From the NCBI GenBank assembly GCA_000708835.1, contig DF237040.1:1-64000 (forward strand): DNA of 64,000 nucleotides, given 5' to 3'. This document shows, piece after piece, positions 12,201-26,200 of the stretch (its first letter is position 1; the number at the start of each line of letters is the position of its first letter). The DNA is from Klebsormidium nitens. Its lineage: Eukaryota; Plantae; Klebsormidiophyceae. The position numbers were made by a program, and so were the translations under genes. The notes below the pieces were generated by a model that worked only from the letters and a program-made list of their open reading frames with translations, made no database searches and was not told the origin of the DNA.

Positions 12201-13548
12201 CAGATGGCCAACCAGGGGCCCAGGCAACTCTTACAGAACATCTTGTAAGTAATGCAAACAAATGCAAGTATCACAGGGCGCGTTGTGCACACTTCTCACG
12301 CAGACCCTCCAAAGCAAGAACTGAACCCTAACGTCCCTCCTTGCGACCACATAGGAACGCACAGAAACAAGGACTTCTCAAACAGTTTGCAGCTCAGCTG
12401 ATTTGAGAAATAATCTGAGTAAGGCTTGAGCAGAAGCGAAGCTCGTTATGCCAAAATCTAATTCCCCTTGCCCAAAAAAGCCAAGACAGACCCTCTGGGA
12501 TGATTGAAACAGCTGTGTAAGCTACGGCCATCTGACCAGCCTGCATCTATCTTCGGCTTCATCTATCTTCAGCTTAGCCGAAGGGCCCAGAATAGCACCC
12601 TTCCAACACCTAACATGCAGACAGAATTAGGATGATCCGGAGCCTTCGGTACCTCTATATTCTGCACAAATCAAGAGCAAATGAAGATGGAACCAAACTT
12701 ACAAAGTCAACCCCGATTGTGCTGATGTAGCTTTCCAAGTAGGAATCATCCTGCAAATAAACACAGCAAGCTTCGGTCAGCTTCTGACAAAGCGCATGCG
12801 AGGCAAATAATCAGGAGGCCTGCAAATTCCTACTATCTCAAGCAACCTCCAGTTTCTAACGGGCCTGATAACAGACAGGCCCTGAGCTCTAGCACACTGA
12901 ACGCAAGCTTGTCACCCTCTCATGCAGACCACACTTCGCTCCAAGTATACTGATGTCAGTCGCTCTGCAAGGAAAAACTGGTGCCACCTTCTCTGTGCAA
13001 TAACATGCAAAATTGGGCACGGGAGAGTAGGGCTGACAGCTTACCGCAAACCGCAGCAAGAGGCACGATTTTCCCACACCTGAAAGAGCAGGAAGACAAG
13101 AACCAGGTCAGCAATAGTCACTCAACCATTGAAGACATGCCTACATGTCTAGTATCTCCTATACAACCACAAGCACACATGAAGGATACGCAGTCTTAAC
13201 AAGGCAACTCTATATAGAAAGGATTATGCAGCTGGATCGCATCTGACTGTAAAGAATGAATATAACATCTCTAGAGGGCAAGCTTGGAACCCTACCTGAG
13301 TCCCCAATTAGAAGAAGCTTGAAGAGGTAATCACTGTACCATAAGAAGAGGTCAGCAGGTTAGAGGGGCTTCTTGCAACAAACAACGAGAGAGTTTGACA
13401 TTCCTCTCCAGATCTTAAGAAATCTGTCACACACGACTCAATCTGAGCACAGGTCTACCTGCTCCTCTGGACTTGCAGATCCTTCTGCATCCGGATTTAT
13501 CGCATGCCAAGACAAGAGAGAAGTGAGGACTTACTATTCAGGATTCAT
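9234..13548 (-). CDS. RAB1: Rab1/RabD (YPT1) small GTPase, 203 aa; exons 13548-13535, 13333-13296, 13079-13045, 12750-12703, 12099-12052, 11627-11556, 10866-10711, 9837-9734, 9330-9234
   Basis: The spliced product reads [29 protein letters not shown]...YISTIGVDF...[24 protein letters not shown]...NKSDL...[14 protein letters not shown]...QKSSCCS*. It has all G-boxes and a di-Cys prenylation tail, GT-AG introns and 612 nt in frame. Confidence 0.98.
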
Positions 13549-15032
13549 GTTTGGTATAGGGATACAATAAACGCTCTTCAAATGCTCCTCTCCTGTGCTC
13601 AACCTTGCGGTCGACCGTTCGGTCTTGGCGTCCCTTTCAGTTCAAGATTTCCTGACTGCGCAAATCTGCTGTGAAACTTCTTTGTGTTCCCGGACACTTC
13701 TGCGCTTCTCTCTCTTCGTTATTCAAAACTGAGTGAGCCCAACTATTGAGAAAAGTTGCTCCAGATAGCCCTCTCCGTCTTCGTGATCCTGCGCTGCTTT
13801 CTGCTGTCTGCTTCTCGAACTTCGAAGTCAGGAGAGGCTCAGAGTCACGGCATGACTAGGGCCAGGCTGTGTACACAGTACAGTGTGTAGGACCTCGTCT
13901 TCTTCTTCCCTGCAGCTGCTCGCAATCTAGAGGCGGCGCTAAGTACAAAAAGCGTAAGAACTTGGAAGTGCAAAGGAACGTGTCGGAAGAATTTCATTGG
14001 ACGACAAGAGAAGAGAATCCCAGTCGATCCGGCCCCCGGGAACATACTACCGTACGGTACTACGGTCTAGACTCTACCTATTGTCTGGGTGTTATATTTT
14101 ACTTGACATCATTTTTGTGTTATAGTTGTTCGAACTTTGTCTGTGAATTGCAATCAACTCGATCGATTGAAAATCCTGTCAAGAACAACCCAAAGTCGAT
14201 CATGCAATTGTCAGCTATGTAACGATCGCTCATGGATGTGACCCTTCCTCTGCATCGCGAGAGGCCCAGAGATCGATGAAGGATTTTTTAATGAACAATT
14301 TGCTGCAGCAAATATTAATGGATTGATAACATGTAATCAATATTGTGTATTGTTCAAGTTACTATGCAAGGTTCATCTGGGATCCCTGAATTGAAAGTCA
14401 ACATTTTTGGCGCCAACCCACTGCACGTGACACTCAACTTGAGCTTGATCAGTCGTTTGACTAAAGGTTCAATTCGATCTACAAGTTACGACTAGTGTAG
14501 AGTACCATTTCCCATCCATGGGCATGATGTATCATTGGAGGTTACAAAGAATTAAAGGCTTGTGCCATGATGGTAGCTAGATGCTGCATGCCGTGTCCAA
14601 GTTCGTCTCACAAAACGATGAGGGCCTAGTACGCTTGAATGACCTGAACCAAGACGTCAGCTGATCAAATTAATGAATTGAATGACTTGGATCAAGCGAC
14701 GACAACTTGACCGTGTCATTGCGGGTGAGCTCTACCTCTTCTTGATGAGTGTGTACCTTGAATCGACATACCATTTACCTGCCTACGGAGTAAGCCCCGT
14801 CTCAAGAGATTGTTGCCTACCAATTTCGATATCAGATGGACCAGAGGTCTTAGGCTGCCAATGAGGCGGCCTCAGGCTACCTGTCTTTTGCTTGCATGAC
14901 TGTTCACGTCCCTCTATCTCGCAAGCAATCTACAGATTATATAGAGACATCAAGCAGAATCTTCCATGCTAGATAGCAGGCAAAAGCCGGCCTCCTTGTA
15001 ATTTACGACCTGTGTTACATATTGCCCTAAGG

Positions 15033-18000
15033 TCATACAAAGCCTTTTTGCTTGGCTTCCTTGACTGGGGGAACCCTCAAATTCAACCCCGTGACATTCT
15101 CGACTTTCGACACACTCTCGACACCGAAATGCCCCGGTGCCACGACCGGGGGGCACCCTACTAGCCACTGCGCATCCACCGAGCCCAATCTCGCCCCCTG
15201 TTGGGCAACCACGACTGAAGCCACGCGCGCGGCAAAGTTTCCCATGCTCTCTAAGTCCATCCCCCCCCTAAGCAAGCCATACAAGATGCCCGCTGCATAC
15301 GCATCCCCCGCGCCGCAGGTATCAACCGGTTCGCACGGCCAGGGCGGCACAAAGCAAACCTCACCCCTCAGGCCCAGATAGCTGCCCGCAGGACCGTCTG
15401 TGACCACAATCATAGGGCAGTAGCAGCTCAGCTTTTGGGCTACCGAGTGGGGAGTGGCGTCGGCGCCCTCGTTGGCCAGAGCGCGCGCCTCGTCCGTATT
15501 GCAGAACAGCAGGTCAGCGTCCTGAGCCATCACGTTCCTGCAGAAAGCAAGTCTCACTTGAGCTTCAATCAAACGACTCGATTGAAGGTGCAAAACTGGG
15601 AAACCGTCATAACAAGCGTCAGTAGACTGATGACATTTCGGCAAGCAACATGCACACTACAAGATTTCCAAAGTCATCCGGCTCTGCACAACGCTCGCAG
15701 CATCCCCAACCAAGTTCCTCATCAACTCCAAAAGTTGAGGTACGCAGAAGGACCCCATGGCTGCGCTGACTTGTCTGACATTACCCACGAGAAAATGGTT
15801 TTGTTGAATAGTTGGCATGGAAAGTTGTGGACCACTTCATCCCAACGACTGAAGGCAGACAGGTCCCTCCATTCCAAAGCAGACAAGTCGCCACTCACCA
15901 AAACGTCTCCCTGTAGCGCTTCACGCACGTCACGTCACTCGCAGTCAGCGCCACCAAGCAGCCCTGCTCCCTCGCTGCCTTGGTCGCTTTCTGGATTGCC
16001 TCAATAGTTTCGGGGATCTCCCAAAGATACCCCTCGACGACCAAGGCCCGCGCACAGGAGAGCGACTTTTCTAGGGTTTCGTCAAACTCGACCTCAGACG
16101 ACATGCCCTGGTAAGAGAGCATGGTCCGCTGAGCGTCCGGCGTTGTGAGGACGACGACGGTGCCGGTGGTCCCGTCAGAGATGGGGGTGGAGAGGAAGTG
16201 GACGCCAGCGCGAAGTAGCTTCGCCCTGTAACATAGGAAGAAGCATGTCAGGACATGCGCTAGCTGGTTAATGCAAAAAGGCTCTCATGTCCACCTTTCC
16301 TGCCTCTTAGGAAGCTGGATCCTGAAAAGAGCAACGCGTTGAAAAGTAGGACAGTGAGAGTGCTGCTCGACAACCAGGCAGTATCTTAGCCAGGGTAGCT
16401 CAGCGAGATGCGGTATCTACGTAACACAAAACAGAGCTGTGACACCGGCGAATCAGCAAGCTAGACTTACACTTCCTCTGTTCTCTGCATCTGCAGAGAC
16501 CTGAAAAGTGCAGACCCTCTACACTTCCAGCTTCTGCAGAGAGCTTCGAAAAGTGCAGACCCAGCCAAACACTCAGAATTTTTTGACGATTGATTGACAT
16601 ACACTACAGCGATGCCAACTGTCAGGACGATTGCTGCTTTTCACCCTGTTTAAGGTACCCAGAGACACCAGAGACTGCACTTTCTGTCGACCACATTCAA
16701 GCTCAGATGCTTGAGTGTCAAACTTCAAGAAGAAAACGGTATGGTCAGAAAAGCATCTCAACTTTTCTACGCACCAATAGTTGAGTCGGCACAATCTGGA
16801 AAAATGTCAAACCAAAAGACTCCTTGCCGCAAGACCAACGCCCACCTGTAAAACTGCCCCAGAGGATCGCTCCCAACGCTCCCAGTCATGGCCACACTCA
16901 GGGGGGCAACCAGCTCCTTCCCCTCTGCGTCCAGCGCCCCCTGCCCTAACCTCGCCAGCGCAACTAGAGTGTTGGAAAGCGATCCCCCCGCAGTGACCTT
17001 GTAGTTCTTGCCGTCCAGGGCTCCGAGCACCTTGCCCCGCTCGTTGTGATCCACGACTTTGCGCTTGCCCTTTTCCAAAGCAAGGTGGTCTAGCAGGTCG
17101 TCGCTGACGGTGCCCGAGAAATCGACCTGAGAGGAAGCAAGACGACTGATTGCAAGTGCCTTCCAGAAAGACATCTATCAAGTACATATGATGTTGCTGA
17201 CTCGGATGGATACTACAATGTGCCGAAGCTGATCAGGGTTTGCAGTGAAGCGAAAAGGGTCATTCTCTTGTCTTTGATACAACCACCAAAGATGCCACCT
17301 GCCAATGCAAACATTTCAAAAGCAGTTATTGCTGATTGTATTCCTCATGAGGTGAAAGGTGTGCGTCAAGAGTGCTCGGGCATTTTCCAATGCCTATTTG
17401 GAGAGATCACGATGTGACTTTGGGGATATTCCCGACCAAGGGAAACGATCACAGTAGAACGACAACAAGAGCGGTAAGAATAGAGGGCTTGCGAGCTTCA
17501 ATAGCTCTGCTGGACTGATATCATACTTTGAACTCATCTTCACCAAAGGAACTCGGCCATAGATTCACGATTGCATCTGAGAGACCAGCCCCTAAACTGA
17601 AGCATCACCCAGCAAAGATTGCTTGCTTCTGGGTGTGCTTCCGGGTCTGCTTGAAGTTGAATACGATGATTGAATGATTTGAGCTCTTAAAAGTGCTTAC
17701 ATGTTGACTTCAGTGTCTCGCGCTTTGTTAGTTACTCAGACTTCATTTCGACCACGGAAGGACGAAGAGTCGAGCTTCGTTGTCTCACACTTTGTTGAAT
17801 ACGCATCAACCAGCATTGGAGGACTCAAAAGCGATTCAAAGACAGACAAGAACTAAAAGTAGGTGAATGTAGCAGCTGCAGCACAAACACAAACCCGACT
17901 GTGCTGCTTGGCCTCAAACTGTAGTATCAAAGTGAACGCCTGGACTACTAGGACACATCTGTGAAAGATGACGGGCAGAACCCCGATGCCAGCGACAAGC

Positions 18001-18648
18001 TTTAGCCGTGCTCGCATACATCTTCAGTAAATAAGATGGACCACACATGATCAACGACTTGCACGTTTCGAGCCTCCTAAACTTGTGGGGCCGTGGACCA
18101 GTACAGCCTATCAGAGAAAACCTTACCATTGCCTGTCCGAGGCCCACAACGTCCCATCTCTCTGGCCAGTTTGCACCAGACCCTCCAAGTGCTGCCCTCT
18201 CCTCTGTAAATACACTCGACGGGCGCAAGTCCTGGCCCTCACTGTCCGAAAAAGCTGCTTCACATTCATGTTCTGAAGCTGACTCACACCTTAACCTGGC
18301 TGCACGCCGGGATTTCTGAAGGCTCTGCCTAAGCTGCCGAGCATAGAGTCGCGCCCCATCCACTGCAGACAGACATAACCTTCTGCAGCTGGGTGTCAAA
18401 GGGTCGTTGGCTTGTGCACCACAGACAGCTTGACACCGCAGCGTGGCGGAGTCACTGCTGGTTTCTAAGGTGTAAGGAGAAGGAAAGAGGGATGGCTGAG
18501 GAAGGACCAAAGGAGGCTTCAACAAAGAGCGCACCCTGTAGAAAGGGTGAGCTTGGAATGCTGAATCAAAAACCTGCTTGCAGGTAATGCTTGCCACAGG
18601 GGCTGCCCTTGCTGCACTACCAGACCAGGTAACAACACACGAAGCCAT
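15033..18648 (-). CDS. NARA5: pfkB-family carbohydrate kinase, NARA5-like, with a plastid transit-like N-terminus; exons 18648-18127, 17126-16846, 16225-15899, 15537-15033 (about 544 aa)
   Basis: Motifs PERWDVVGLGQAMVDFSG, AGGSLSNTLVALARLG, DGTTGTVVVLTTPDAQRTML and the pfkB signature VDTCGAGDAYAAG closely match Arabidopsis NARA5 as I recall it. Intron phases are consistent. The start codon is inferred. Confidence 0.9.
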
Positions 18649-20257
18649 TGTATGTAAGAAAAGGTCGCGCAGCACTATCCGTTTCCGGCGCCTCACGCAG
18701 CCATCTCTGCCTTGCTCACTCCTGCACCATCATCAATTCTTGACCAGGTTTCCCTCAACCTTGAGATTGAAGGCGAGTCTGCAAGCGACAAGCGTTCATG
18801 GGCCCACGAATCTTGCTAAGAGCCTTTGCAGAGGCAAACCCAAGACTCGGAGTCAGCACCTCGTGGGACTCCTTCGCAGAGTTTGCTCAGTGCTCAGGCT
18901 GCCCACATTCTGACCTGCTTCAGACCTTGCAAACAACCCTGGTCCCTTGTGCAGTGGAGGCTGGACTCTGGAGCCGATGTCCGCTGCTGAGCCGCATACT
19001 TCACTTTTCGGCGAGCAGATTCGGAGTCCTCTTCGGTACACGGTGAAGTCCCCAGTCTGCACTACCTTGATGAGTCAAACTCACCCAGTGACTTTCATGG
19101 CGGCCGCCGCCTTGCGAGGTCTGAAGTCGGTTTACTTCTATTTCGAAGAGCAAGCAAAAGTATGGCCGTCCAAAGTTGTTCCAAAGTGGTTCGGGCTTAT
19201 CTTCCTTGAAAGTTATCATGAGAAATGCAAAAAGGAAGGCCATTCACTTAGGTTTTCCTAGCTGTAAATCACGACCGTCGGTCAAAATAGTGTCCTGCTC
19301 AAAATTACGCAGCTGAGCAGACACATCGGACGGCCCTTTTTGAGTGAAATCAAGTGATCATTTTCAGCATCCAGCTTCTGTCAACAACTTTGATTGGTTG
19401 TTGCATACATTCTCTGAAGAAGAAGCTCAAATTAGAAGTAAACGTACCACCATGCATGATGGCTACCAGGGCCTCTCAAACGGCTAAGTCAGAATCATGG
19501 TCTGTCGCAGTCTGTAGTGTGCGCCCAGGGCTTCAGTCACCCGACCGCAGAGTCCCCTTGAGGAAACACCCCGGTCGAGGGCCCGGGGGAAAAGGCTTGT
19601 TTCCCTGAGCCTCAGCCAGGCCGAAAAGTGAAGTACCGCAGCGGCGCTGGTCAACTTTCACGTTGCACCTTTAATTCCACGTGGCATACCGTGGCTTCCG
19701 ACAGGTCGTCGATGTTGCACATCCGCATTTGCGAGCCGTCGATGGGGATGGAGCTTTGTCAGGAACAAACTTCAAGGCTTTGAAAGCAGCCCGATGACAA
19801 TGTCATTTGTCACGATGCGTCAAATCTTTTCGACGCAGGTCACGAAGCATTATCGAAGGTGTGCTTGGACAGGCCTGTAAATCGAGTTGATTCCACGACA
19901 TGTCGGTAATGCTTGATGCGTTCGGATCGAAGCGTGGCATATCTGACTGGATTTTGTAACTCGGGCATCTAGATCGGAGACTTCAGGGCCTGAAGGGCTC
20001 CCTGGGACGGCTAGCGGCCCATGCGGTGGAGACAGCGCGGCTAGCTAGATTATAGTAGATAGAGACAGAGAAGAATGTGCAGCGTTGCATAGCTGCTTTG
20101 ATATCTTGATCGCTAGCAAACCTGGTGCATTGCGAATGGAGATTCACTCAAAGCTTTCCTCACTGCCTATCGTGATGTCGGCGTGTTTAAGATGCCACAG
20201 AGCTCGAGGGGCAGCTGAAGTTGGAGGACTTGAATAGAAAGTCATTCTGGTATCGAA

Positions 20258-23200
20258 ATGATGACGTCGGTGCTTTCATCCAGACTTGCAAAGGGATCCG
20301 CCTGTTCATTGAGGGAAAGGAACTTGCTTCATTATGGTGAGGCTGCAAGTAGTGCACCCTATCCCCACCTGCATTTGAGGAGATCCTTTGGAAGGAACTG
20401 GAGCGCTTTAAGCGCTTTACTTAAAGGAGGATGTGGCTTGCAAAGTGCAGCTTTGAAAAGGACCGCAGCTTTTGGTAAGCCATCATCACCTGAGAATGCT
20501 GTAGTCTGTCGGTGGAAGGGAAGAGACGCATCAAAAGGGGGACCGAGCGGGTGGTCGCGTCGAGACTCGGTCAGGTGCCAAAGTTCAGAAAAGGAGGTGG
20601 CCACAAAAAATGATGATGCTGACGAAGACCTTTTTAGTGTGTCGCTGGAGGACGTTGTGAGAGATGTGGTGGCAAAAAGGTTAGAAGAAGCAGATGGAAG
20701 CACAGCAGATAGCAGTCACCATCATCATTCTGATGCTCCTCTTGACATCGAAAGAAGAAGTGAATCACAGCACAATGATCTTGAGAAAAGACCGCAGAAT
20801 GAGGACACAAGTTTGAAAATAGATGTAGCTCCAAAAGTTCTTGAAGCTCTGAAAGGTACCGGGGAGTTGGGGGACAAGTCTTTGTTTGATCTGGTGGAAG
20901 AAAAGAGGAAAAAGAAAGTCGCAGAGAAGGCGAGAGCGGAAGCAGAGTCGAAGAGTCTTGTCAATCAGATAAAAGGTGCTCTTTCCAGGATAGGCTTGGC
21001 GCAGTGGTCGAATTCGATGGGGCAGGGAAGGGCTGAAAAGAAGGAAGGTGGAGCAAAAAGACAGGGCGTCAACTATAGAATGGACATGGACTACGTGGAG
21101 CTTCCACCAGTGCAAGTCGCAGTGAATGACCTTCATGAATTCATAGAAGAAGAAGACAGCAATTTCCCAGAGTTCAACGAGCAGGTGCAAGACTTGATCA
21201 CGATGACGGGGATGGGAGTGGATCCTGTGAGGCATCGCTCCCCTCTTTCCCTTGTTTCTCAAGGCTTCTTTGTCTGGCTAACATCGCTTCCGTTTCATCG
21301 ACTCTGCTGAGATCTGCTTCTTCAAGACCACTTTTTCGACAGCGAGTCCTTTCCTCCTCATGCATCTCCACACTCTTCTCGGTAAACTTACTTTCGTCAA
21401 CCAAGGTCTACATCTTCTGCATCCCTGCTTCTTCTGGTTTGCCAGCTATTCTTCCTCCTGCTTCTCATCCTTGCTCTTTCTTTTAATCTCCTTGTGCCCC
21501 ATACGTTTTCCACTCCCTGTCACAATCAGAAGCACACTCTGAGTTGGTCACATTGGTGATTAGATTAGATTGAGCATCTAGGTGGAACGGACTTTACCAA
21601 AGCATTTTTTGCATTCACCAAATGCACGGCAGAGAGATTCTGATCTTGCTTTTTGCATACATCTTATATTGCTAAGGCTTAACCTGATTCATGATCGATC
21701 ATCAAGTCAGTTTAGAAGGGCCAATCTGTAGTAGCTGACTCGCAACCAGGTGGTATTTGACCATACTTCCCCCCTCATACAGGCTGACCCAACTTTGTCA
21801 ACGCTTGTTGAGCAAACAACGGCGTTCAAAGCCATCGCCTGGCTGCGGGCATGCTTAACTGGGGTTAACGGTCAAACCCTGGAAACTGTCCCTACGCCCC
21901 TGGCAGAGCAAGTTTTGGACTGGCAATCGTGCCCGGACGGCGAAGAGTGTCCGGTTCGGACTTAGAGGAGGCAGGTCTGGCGAGTGTTTCAGGGACGGTT
22001 GACGCGCAGCAGCTCCAGCGAGAGGTGTTCCGGTCAGGGCCGTTTTACGCGCAATGGTTTGAGAGGTGGCGGAGCGGTGAGAATATGCCCTGCCTAGCTC
22101 CGACGCTTCCATTTTCATACTTTTGGTGGGCTTGTGGCACTCCCAGTAGTGTAAACTTTCACCTCGGATGGATTTGTAACTTTGTTAGCATGAGCTCGAG
22201 CATGGCTCAGGTCAATTTCTTCAGGTTGTAACCAAATGAGCCTATGCCGGAATACCTAAGTATGGAGATAGAAGGCACCTTATCAGACGTCACCGGACCG
22301 TGCTCAATCCTAATATAACCGACTGCTTTTTGCTTCATGAGCATGGCAACTGTCAAGTTGTGTTTTTTCAAGCTTCTCCATTGGGTCTGTGATTGCCCTG
22401 TCGAAGATTTGTTTAGGGCGTTTGTCTTGACGGGTTTGGAGTCAGCTGCGCTTAACAGTGGGTGCGCCTCGAACTAGAAACGCTTACCTGTGGCAGGTTT
22501 GCACTATAGTCGTACGTTCTGCGTTGAGCCAGTCTCTGCCAACTGCCACTTGCCGTATTTCTAGCCCGCATACAAAGCTGGGTTTGCTACGCCCCCCCTG
22601 CTTTGCTGCGCTCTGTTGATCGGATCCTAGCCCCGCTTTCGCGACCACGTTAAACAGCTCGAATGTTTTCCGGCTGCTTTATTAAAAATCACCCGTTTTT
22701 GTGTCCTTAAACCCTGTCATCAATTCCTCACTTCAATCCGCTTAACCCTCTCGAAACCAGTGCCAATGTCCACCAAGCTTTGCGCAACACTCTTATTTAG
22801 CGAAGTTTCCAACCGCGCAGGTTGGGTGGTGACCGGTTATCTTGACGGAGACCCCGCCGAAACGCGGGCGCGGTTGCAGGCAAGGCTCGACCAACATTTT
22901 CCCGAGCTCAAGCTGGTGAGCTGCTCGAGCCCAGGGCCCCCGTTTTTCCGGATCATCGATCCCCACAAGTATATACTGGGTTCTGATTGTATAGACTCTC
23001 GTCTATGTACTTTTTATTCCTCTCGTACCGTGGTTTCCTGTCTATTCAAGTCAGAGGCCGCCGAACAATCGCCAACCCGACTTCGTCATTAGCAAACACC
23101 GAGCTGCCCTGTCGTGACTAATGGGTGATCGGACTGTTTATATTCCCGAGTATCAGGTCGTTTCCACGGCGAGACTGGCCGGTACTACGCAAAGCCCAGT

Positions 23201-26200
23201 CGTCGTTTTCAGTGCTGATTTCTGTCGCATTAGAATCCGTGAAGACAAATTTCAAGGGCGTTCGAGCGTTTCGAGGGCTATCACCAGCCGCAACTTTCGT
23301 GGTGGCTAAAGCAGACGTTCGTAACGGATACCCTTTCTGTTTGTGTGAAACATGCCCCGCACATATAATCGAACTTCGGTGGTTCGAAGACGGCAAGCTT
23401 GCAAACATCAGGAGATTGCAAAGGTCGCCAGTTTCCCCTGCTGCCTAAGAGACGTATCCCACCGGTTTTCATCTTCTCAGGCTTCCTGTTTTCAACTCTT
23501 CGTCGATCTTCCGCCTCCAACTTCTAAAGCAGATTACCTGGTGCCTCATCTGCACACAAATGGCTTTTCATGTTTCTCGAACCTTAAGTCAATCGCTTTT
23601 CTTGCACATGTTCTGTCACGTCATAAGCCTCCACTTTTCAACCCACAGGTGGCGTTCTCTGATTCTCAGTACCGTAGGCGAAGTCGCCCCAACCGCCGCA
23701 ATACGTTCATTTCCTTTTTCTCTCCCCCGACCTTCACCGCTGGGTGACTGGCAAGTCGGGGTTTTCTTTGGTTAATTCTACTTCTTATATCCATTTCACT
23801 CTGGGACTCATTGGTGACATTTTTTGACGATACAGTACGTCAGTTCTGCTCGGTTCCTCTCCAGGTCGTGTTCCTGCTCAACACTCCCAAAGAGGTCCCC
23901 TGGTGCCCCATCACACTTTCCTCAGATCTCACGGTCTCAGGTTTTTTTTTTCACCGCTTTTCAGCACTTCCAATTATCCGAGTATTTCTCCAGGACGTAC
24001 TCCTGCCCAACACCCCCCCAAGAGGTGCCCTGGTGCCTCATCACACCTTCCTAAGATCTCACGATCTTAGGTCTAGTTTTTCACCGCGTTTTAGCACTTC
24101 CAATTCTTTGAACATTTCTCCAGGTTGTGTTCCTGCTGAAGACCCCCAAAGAGGTCCCCTGGTAACTCATAACCATATATCTTATATGTTACGCTCTTAG
24201 GTTTCTATGTCACCACGTTTTAGCACTTCCATGAGTTCGAGATATCTCTTCAGGTCGTTTTCCTGCTCAACACCCCCCAAGAGGTCCCCTGGTGCCTCAT
24301 CCTCCCCGCCGATGAGCCCGTCGCGTTCGCCGTTCTTCCTGAGTTCCGCCAGGCCGCCTTTGCGAGCGCAGTCGTCAGCGCGCTCGTCATGTGGATCTGC
24401 AAGGGCATTGCCATCGCGGATCCCCTCCTGCTTAAGGGAGAGGTAGGCTGCTCTTGGGGGTTTTGCCTGTTTCGTGCTTCAGACGTGTCATCGGCCCTCT
24501 TCGTAAGGCGGTCAGCAGTCTTGTCATGTGGATCTGCACGTCGGCATTTCGCTCCTGCTCAATGAAGAGGTGAGGGTATAGGATAGGTATTCGGAGAGTG
24601 GGGTTGAAAATTACAGAGTTCGATGTGTTCTCGAGTGGCAAGGAGCTGACATTTGTCAGCTTCAACGGCAAGGGCACCAATATTGCGGACTCAGCTTGCT
24701 GAAAAAGGGGGGAGGTGGGCGAGTTGGTGAATAGATTTCTAGTCGTCAGTTGCTAAGCTGTGAGCTATGAAGGCCGTCTTTGAAAGCGCGTCCGTTTATC
24801 ACTTCCAACGAACTAGAAGTATGACACTATGTAACCCTCCTCGAACAGTAATCCCTCGATCGCCCTCGCTGCCCTTCTTCTGCTCGGCTCTCTCTTCTCG
24901 CTCTGCGCAGTTCTCGGAAGCTTGCACGGCACCAAACTCCTGGATCCTGTGAACCAGTGAATCGTCAAGTTCTTGAGACTTATTTCGCTTCTGCATTGAG
25001 CAGCGATCGCCCTCCCTGCCCTCCCCTTGACCCTCCTTCTCTACTTTCTTCACTCAAGTATGCACCTTTTATAAAGTAACATTACTGCACCGCATAGGAA
25101 ATACATGTTTGTATCCCAGTGATTAAATGCTCAAGCGAAACCCTTTGTTACTTTCTGCAGGAAGCGGCGATCGCCCTCGCCGCTCTCCCCTTGGGCCTCC
25201 TCTCCATCCTCTTCACCGGCTCAGTCGCGCGGTCCGCCGTCGCCTCCCTGTACGGCGTACGGGACCGTTTCCCGATCCCCCTCCCAATGCCGGGGTTAGG
25301 GGCCATCGGCATGACGGCCGGACTGCGGGGAGTGCTGCCTAGCAGGGCAGCACTCATTGACATCCCCCTCGCTGGTGAGAGGTCAAGCGAAGGCATTTTC
25401 ACTTCATTCAAAGGGAAGGGAAAGACAAGTGCCTGTTCTAGTTGAGGCAGAAGATGTTTGTAACTTCTGTTCTTTGAAATGACGGCCTGACTGCGGGGGA
25501 TGCTGCCTGGCAGGCGGCGCTGATTGACATCCCCCTCCCCTGTGAGAGGTCAAGCAAAGGCGTGCAGTATACCTTCTGCGCCTAGTTCTATTGCTCTCAT
25601 GACCAAAGGAGAAAAGGAGATGCTTAAACTTGCTGCGGGAGGTGCCTCGCATAGGGCAGCCCTCAGGGAACTCCCCGCTTCGTGGGTGAGAGCTGATATC
25701 GAAGTGCACCGTTTTGAGGCTTCTGCTCAATCATTTTGTCGGAGCGCTTGTGCCTACTCCTCAAAACGTAGGACTGCAGACCGTACCATCTAGTTCAAAA
25801 TTTGATCGACAACGATACTAGATCAGCTCCTTTCTACTTTGACTCTGCTTGGCCTTGAACCGAAAGATTCCCTCAGCAAGGCGGCTTTACTTGCCCGTGC
25901 TCTAACGTCTGTCCGGCAGTCCGGCTGGCTGTAGAGAAGCTGTTTCGAGAAACTCCTTACCGAGTTGCCTGTGGCTACGACAAGCCTTGAAGAGTCGCTA
26001 TCCGGTCAAGGACGGGTTTCACGGAGAGAGTATTGGTTGACTTCAAATGCTCCCTTGCTACGTCACTTGCCGCTTGTGAATGCTTGTCTCGCAACTTATC
26101 GGACCAGACGTCTCTTTCAATCTCCCAACTCTCTACCTTGCTGTGCTTACACGACAGACAGTCCCTCTACTAGGCCAGAAGTGTGCAGCACGATCCTCAT

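Noticed and set aside
16455-16565. Two ~50-bp tandem units (CTGCAGAGA...GAAAAGTGCAGACCC) in a kinase intron
   Set aside because: An ordinary short local duplication unrelated to splice sites.
18649-20257. Bidirectional promoter for two plastid-targeted genes
   Set aside because: The divergent orientation is real, but the 1.6-kb spacer shows no supportable shared element.
23790-24300. CRISPR-like repeat-spacer array
   Set aside because: Whole units are homologous with no unique spacers, they derive from the host exon edge, and the context is eukaryotic with no cas genes.
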